Shown: piece after piece, positions 28,612-32,000 of the stretch
How positions within the stretch are numbered: the first letter of the stretch is position 1
Layout: each line of letters starts with the position of its first letter
Assembly (NCBI GenBank): GCA_902583645.1
Contig: CACHWQ010000008.1
Location: forward strand, 5,596-37,595
From: an uncultured Pelagibacteraceae bacterium
GTDB lineage: Bacteria > Pseudomonadota > Alphaproteobacteria > Pelagibacterales > Pelagibacteraceae
Length of the DNA stretch: 32,000 bases
Direction: 5' to 3'
Notes under the pieces: model-generated
What the model saw: only the letters and a program-made list of their open reading frames with translations
Databases searched by the model: none
What the model was told of the DNA's origin: nothing
Made by a program: the position numbers and the translations under genes

Positions 28612-29745
28612 TCAGAATGATAGCAATTTTTTGAATTCTAAGTGATGTCTAAACCTTGTGTATTTTAAGACATTTTTTTTGGCTAAGATTCTTTTATCAC
28701 TTAGTTGATTATAATTTAAATCGTTTAAAATTTTGTTTAATGAATTTTTTATATTTGTTTTGAATAAAAATCCACCTGAACCATTGCCTAAAAACTCTTT
28801 AGGTCCATTAGGGCAATCAGAGGATACAATTAATAAATTTGACAAGGCAGCTTCAACGATAACAAAACCAACTTCCTCCCATAAAGATGCTAAAATAAAA
28901 ATAGAGGCTTTTTTCATAAAATAAAAAGGATTATCAACATGTCCAAGAAGAAATATTCTATCATTTAAATTTAAATCATTTATTAAATTTTTTAACATCT
29001 TTTTGTCTTCTCCATCTCCAAGAATTAAAAAATCATAATCTAAATTTTTTTTTAAAAATAAACTTAATTCATTTATCAAATACTCATAATTTTTTTGTCT
29101 AGTTAATCTACCAACAGATAAGATAAATTTTTTTTTAGTTGGTATATTATATTTAATATTTTTTTTATTTATAAAATCTTGAATATTAATTATAGCATCA
29201 GGTAAAAATTTTAATTTAGAATTATCAAATAATTTGGAATTAATTAGTTTTTCTTTAAGTTCTTCTGTAGGGCACGTTGTCAAAAAGATTTTTTTTGATG
29301 TAATTTTCCAAAAAAATTTTCTTAGAATATTTAATTTTGGAAATCCAGAAATTCTTAAAATTATTTTACAATTAAAATTAAAAATTAAATTCAAAAATAG
29401 AGGTAAAGAAGTAATTAAATGTGCTATGAAAAAAGAATTTTTTTCCTTTTTCAAAAGGTTAAGTAATGGAAAGAAGGAAATTAAAAAAATAAATACATAC
29501 GCTAGTCTACTTTTTATGTATCCAGAGGATGGAATAAATTTTGCAATATTTGGGTAAAAATTTATAACCTCAATGTTGTTTTTTTTAATTAAATCTAAAT
29601 GAGGATTCCATTCACCAAATACATTTATAATTTTTACATTAAAATTTTTTTTAGAAAACTTGTTAAAAGCTAAAGCAGAATTTAAACATGATTTAACTGT
29701 TCCAACATTGCTGATAAAAGGTGACCAATAAATTAAATTTTTCAT
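28612..29745 (-). CDS. Glycosyltransferase, GT-B fold (GT1/GT4 family).
   Basis: C-terminal EX7E-type region (ASLWEEVGFVIVEAALSNLLIVSSDCPNGPKEFL). Confidence 0.7.
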   Translation of the reverse strand: MKNLIYWSPFISNVGTVKSCLNSALAFNKFSKKNFNVKIINVFGEWNPHLDLIKKNNIEVINFYPNIAKFIPSSGYIKSRLAYVFIFLISFFPLLNLLKKEKNSFFIAHLITSLPLFLNLIFNFNCKIILRISGFPKLNILRKFFWKITSKKIFLTTCPTEELKEKLINSKLFDNSKLKFLPDAIINIQDFINKKNIKYNIPTKKKFILSVGRLTRQKNYEYLINELSLFLKKNLDYDFLILGDGEDKKMLKNLINDLNLNDRIFLLGHVDNPFYFMKKASIFILASLWEEVGFVIVEAALSNLLIVSSDCPNGPKEFLGNGSGGFLFKTNIKNSLNKILNDLNYNQLSDKRILAKKNVLKYTRFRHHLEFKKLLSF

Positions 29746-29754
29746 TTTTTTCTT

Positions 29755-29831
29755 TGGCGCGCCCTGAAGGATTCGAACCTCCGACCCACGGTTTAGAAAA
29801 CCGTTGCTCTATCCAACTGAGCTAAGGGCGC
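29755..29831 (-). tRNA. tRNA-Arg (anticodon TCT), CCA encoded.
   Basis: The reverse complement folds with acceptor GCGCCCT/AGGGCGC, D-arm GCTC-AGTTGGATA-GAGC, anticodon stem ACGGT/ACCGT with loop TTTCTAA, and T-arm GGAGG-TTCGAAT-CCTTC. Confidence 0.9.
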
Positions 29832-29855
29832 CTAGTTTTAATATATATATTTAAT

Positions 29856-31256
29856 TTAATTTTTAAAAAGAAATTTTTTCAAAATAATTAATATTGATAT
29901 TAATTCAACTCTACCGATAATCATAAACACTATTATACTTTGCTTAGCAAGTACAGATAGCTCTTCAAAGTCAAATAATGCTAAACCTGTCATTGAGGAG
30001 TTTACAGTATTCATCAAAGTTAGAATGGATAATTTAAAAGAATTTTCCATACTTAAATTAAAAATAGATAATAAAAAGGACAAGCTTATTAATGACAGAA
30101 TAAAAATAACAATTGAAAAAAAATATTTATAAAAATCTGTGGTGACCATTGATTTATCTGAAAACCATAATTTATTAGTAAATACATTTTTGGGTTTTGC
30201 ATTAGATATAATTTCTTTTATAGAAAACTTGAATAAAGATAATAATTTTAAAAATCTAAGACCTGAGCTAGTAGAAAAAAATGAGCCGCCTATAATTATT
30301 AATATTAAAAATATAAATGATAGGTAGTTTGGTATATTATTTAAAGAAACACCAATATTAGAAATACTACTAGTAATTGATAAAAAAATTATTGCAAAGT
30401 TCACTGATTTATCAGTTAATAAAAAAAAGAAAAAAATTAATATCAGAAAATAAATTATTAAGTAAATATCTTCTTGTATAAATTTAATTCTTTTTTTCTT
30501 ATAAAGAAGATTATAGAGAAAAAATAAACTAAAAAATGATGTTAGCATTAAGATCGAAAAAACAATTATTTTAGTTTGTGAGTTAAGCAATATATCTAAA
30601 TTATTTACAGGTAAAAAGCCACCTGATGATATTATACTCATTGATAAATTAAGAGATATGAATGATCTAAATTCGAATATGTTCAAAATAATAAAAATTA
30701 ATAAAGTAAATATCGAGTAAATTATGAATATTTTTAATGATTGTTTAAAAATTTCTGCCGAGTTAAAAGCTAAAAAATTAGTTAAAGTTTTTTTTAAATT
30801 GTCATCAAAAATATCAATTAATAAAATTATAGAAAAAAGGAAATATAAGCCTCCAATCCACTGAGATGAAGATCTCCATAAAATTAAGCTTTCATCTAAA
30901 TGTTTAATATTATTAAAGATTGAAAAACCTGTAGATGTAAACCCTGAAACCGCCTCAAAATATGAATTTAAAAAAGAAATGTTATAAATACTGAGAAAAT
31001 AAGGCAATGCTATTAAAATAGGCAGAGTTACATAGCCTAAAATTACTGTAATTATTTTTGTATAAATATCTATTTTTGTATCTTTTTTTTTAAAAAAAAA
31101 ACTTATAAGTGGAATAATTGATATTAATAGAGTGTAAAAATAACTATCTACATTTAAATATAAATCAAAATAATATGAGTAAAGAATATTTAAAAAGCAT
31201 AAAATACTTATTAAAGTTGAAAAAAACCTAAAATAATAAAAATAAAAATTAAGCAT
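29856..31256 (-). CDS. trkH: Trk-type potassium uptake membrane subunit TrkH.
   Basis: 466-aa polytopic protein with a selectivity-filter-like segment (VSGFTSTGFSIF). TAATG overlap with the trkA stop. Confidence 0.75.
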   Translation of the reverse strand: MLNFYFYYFRFFSTLISILCFLNILYSYYFDLYLNVDSYFYTLLISIIPLISFFFKKKDTKIDIYTKIITVILGYVTLPILIALPYFLSIYNISFLNSYFEAVSGFTSTGFSIFNNIKHLDESLILWRSSSQWIGGLYFLFSIILLIDIFDDNLKKTLTNFLAFNSAEIFKQSLKIFIIYSIFTLLIFIILNIFEFRSFISLNLSMSIISSGGFLPVNNLDILLNSQTKIIVFSILMLTSFFSLFFLYNLLYKKKRIKFIQEDIYLIIYFLILIFFFFLLTDKSVNFAIIFLSITSSISNIGVSLNNIPNYLSFIFLILIIIGGSFFSTSSGLRFLKLLSLFKFSIKEIISNAKPKNVFTNKLWFSDKSMVTTDFYKYFFSIVIFILSLISLSFLLSIFNLSMENSFKLSILTLMNTVNSSMTGLALFDFEELSVLAKQSIIVFMIIGRVELISILIILKKFLFKN

Positions 31257-32000
31257 TAAATTGAGCTTATACGAAAAATATTCTCAACTAATTGAATTTG
31301 ATCATTTTTTGCAAGAAAAACCACTCTATCATCTTTTTGAAAAATAAAATTTGACCTTGGAATTATAATATCATTTCCTCTTAATATTGCTCCAATTCTT
31401 ATTTCCTCTGGTAAATTTGTATTTTTTAATTCTTTATTAATTAGCTCTGAGGTCTCAATTATTTCAGCTTCTATAACCTCGTATTCGCCATTTAATATGC
31501 TATATGCTGTTTCTATAGTGCCCTTATGAACATGTTTTAAAATACTTGATACAGTGCTCATTCTAGGATCAATCAAATCATCAATCTTTAATGAAGACTG
31601 TAATAATGAATAGTTTGATTTATTTGTTAGAGCCATTGTTCTTTTGTTTTTTGAAAATTTTTCAACAAGAACACTTATCATTAAGTTGTCCTCGTCATCA
31701 TTAGTTAAAGCTAAGACTGTTTCAATTTCTTCTAGATTTGCCTCGGATAAAACATCTTCCTCTAAGCCATTACCATTTATCACTATTGTATTGTTTAGTT
31801 CACTTGCTATATACTCAGCTCTATCTTTATTTTTTTCGATAATCTTAATTCTTGCAGATTCAAAAGACTCTTCTATGTTTTTGGCTAAATTAAAACCTAT
31901 ATTGCCTCCACCAATAATTAAGATTTTACTTGAGATTTTTTCGTTGTGCCCAAACGCAATAAGTGTTTTTGCCATTTGAGAAGAATTAATTATTACATAA
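31256..32000 (-). CDS. trkA: Trk system NAD-binding subunit TrkA, C-terminal half. The gene continues beyond the right edge.
   Basis: Rossmann motif KILIIGGGNIGFNLA followed by an RCK_C-like end. The frame stays open upstream of the tracked Met (…YVIINSSQMAK), so the true start lies outside the window. Confidence 0.8.
   Translation of the reverse strand, partial: YVIINSSQMAKTLIAFGHNEKISSKILIIGGGNIGFNLAKNIEESFESARIKIIEKNKDRAEYIASELNNTIVINGNGLEEDVLSEANLEEIETVLALTNDDEDNLMISVLVEKFSKNKRTMALTNKSNYSLLQSSLKIDDLIDPRMSTVSSILKHVHKGTIETAYSILNGEYEVIEAEIIETSELINKELKNTNLPEEIRIGAILRGNDIIIPRSNFIFQKDDRVVFLAKNDQIQLVENIFRISSI

Overview
This window looks like a streamlined, very AT-rich alphaproteobacterial chromosome segment of SAR11/Pelagibacterales type. 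Genes are packed with 1-8 nt overlaps, almost all on the minus strand, with AGA/AAA-rich coding. That taxonomic call rests on composition and gene content only.

Gene content, left to right:
- 1-9.6 kb: a phosphate supercluster of ppk, a SixA-like histidine phosphatase, phoB, phoU, pstB, pstA, pstC, pstS, an unknown secreted protein and phoR.
- 9.6-12.5 kb: the phosphate-starvation lipid-renovation pair plcP-agt, plus a divergent DAG-kinase-family lipid kinase.
- 12.5-16 kb: a phosphonate cassette. It holds a Fom1-like cytidylyltransferase::PEP-mutase fusion, phosphonopyruvate decarboxylase and an Fe-alcohol dehydrogenase, which predicts CMP-activated 2-hydroxyethylphosphonate.
- 16-19 kb: APS kinase, a sulfotransferase and manC.
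- 19-32 kb: housekeeping genes ilvD, valS, tRNA-Cys, tRNA-Asn, an XRE regulator, aapJQMP amino-acid ABC transporter, a GT1 glycosyltransferase, tRNA-Arg(TCT), trkH and trkA.

Main observations:
- Five reading-frame breaks each correspond to exactly one extra A in a coding-strand homopolymer. All five lie in phosphorus genes (ppk, pstB, phoR twice, pepM). One of them fuses pstB to phoU in frame.
- A phased TTTAAC-N5-TGTAAC Pho-box-like motif is shared by the pstS and plcP promoters.
- Identical A8-hairpin-T-run attenuators follow both substrate-binding-protein genes (pstS and aapJ).

I saw no CRISPR array, IS element, integrase or prophage signal.
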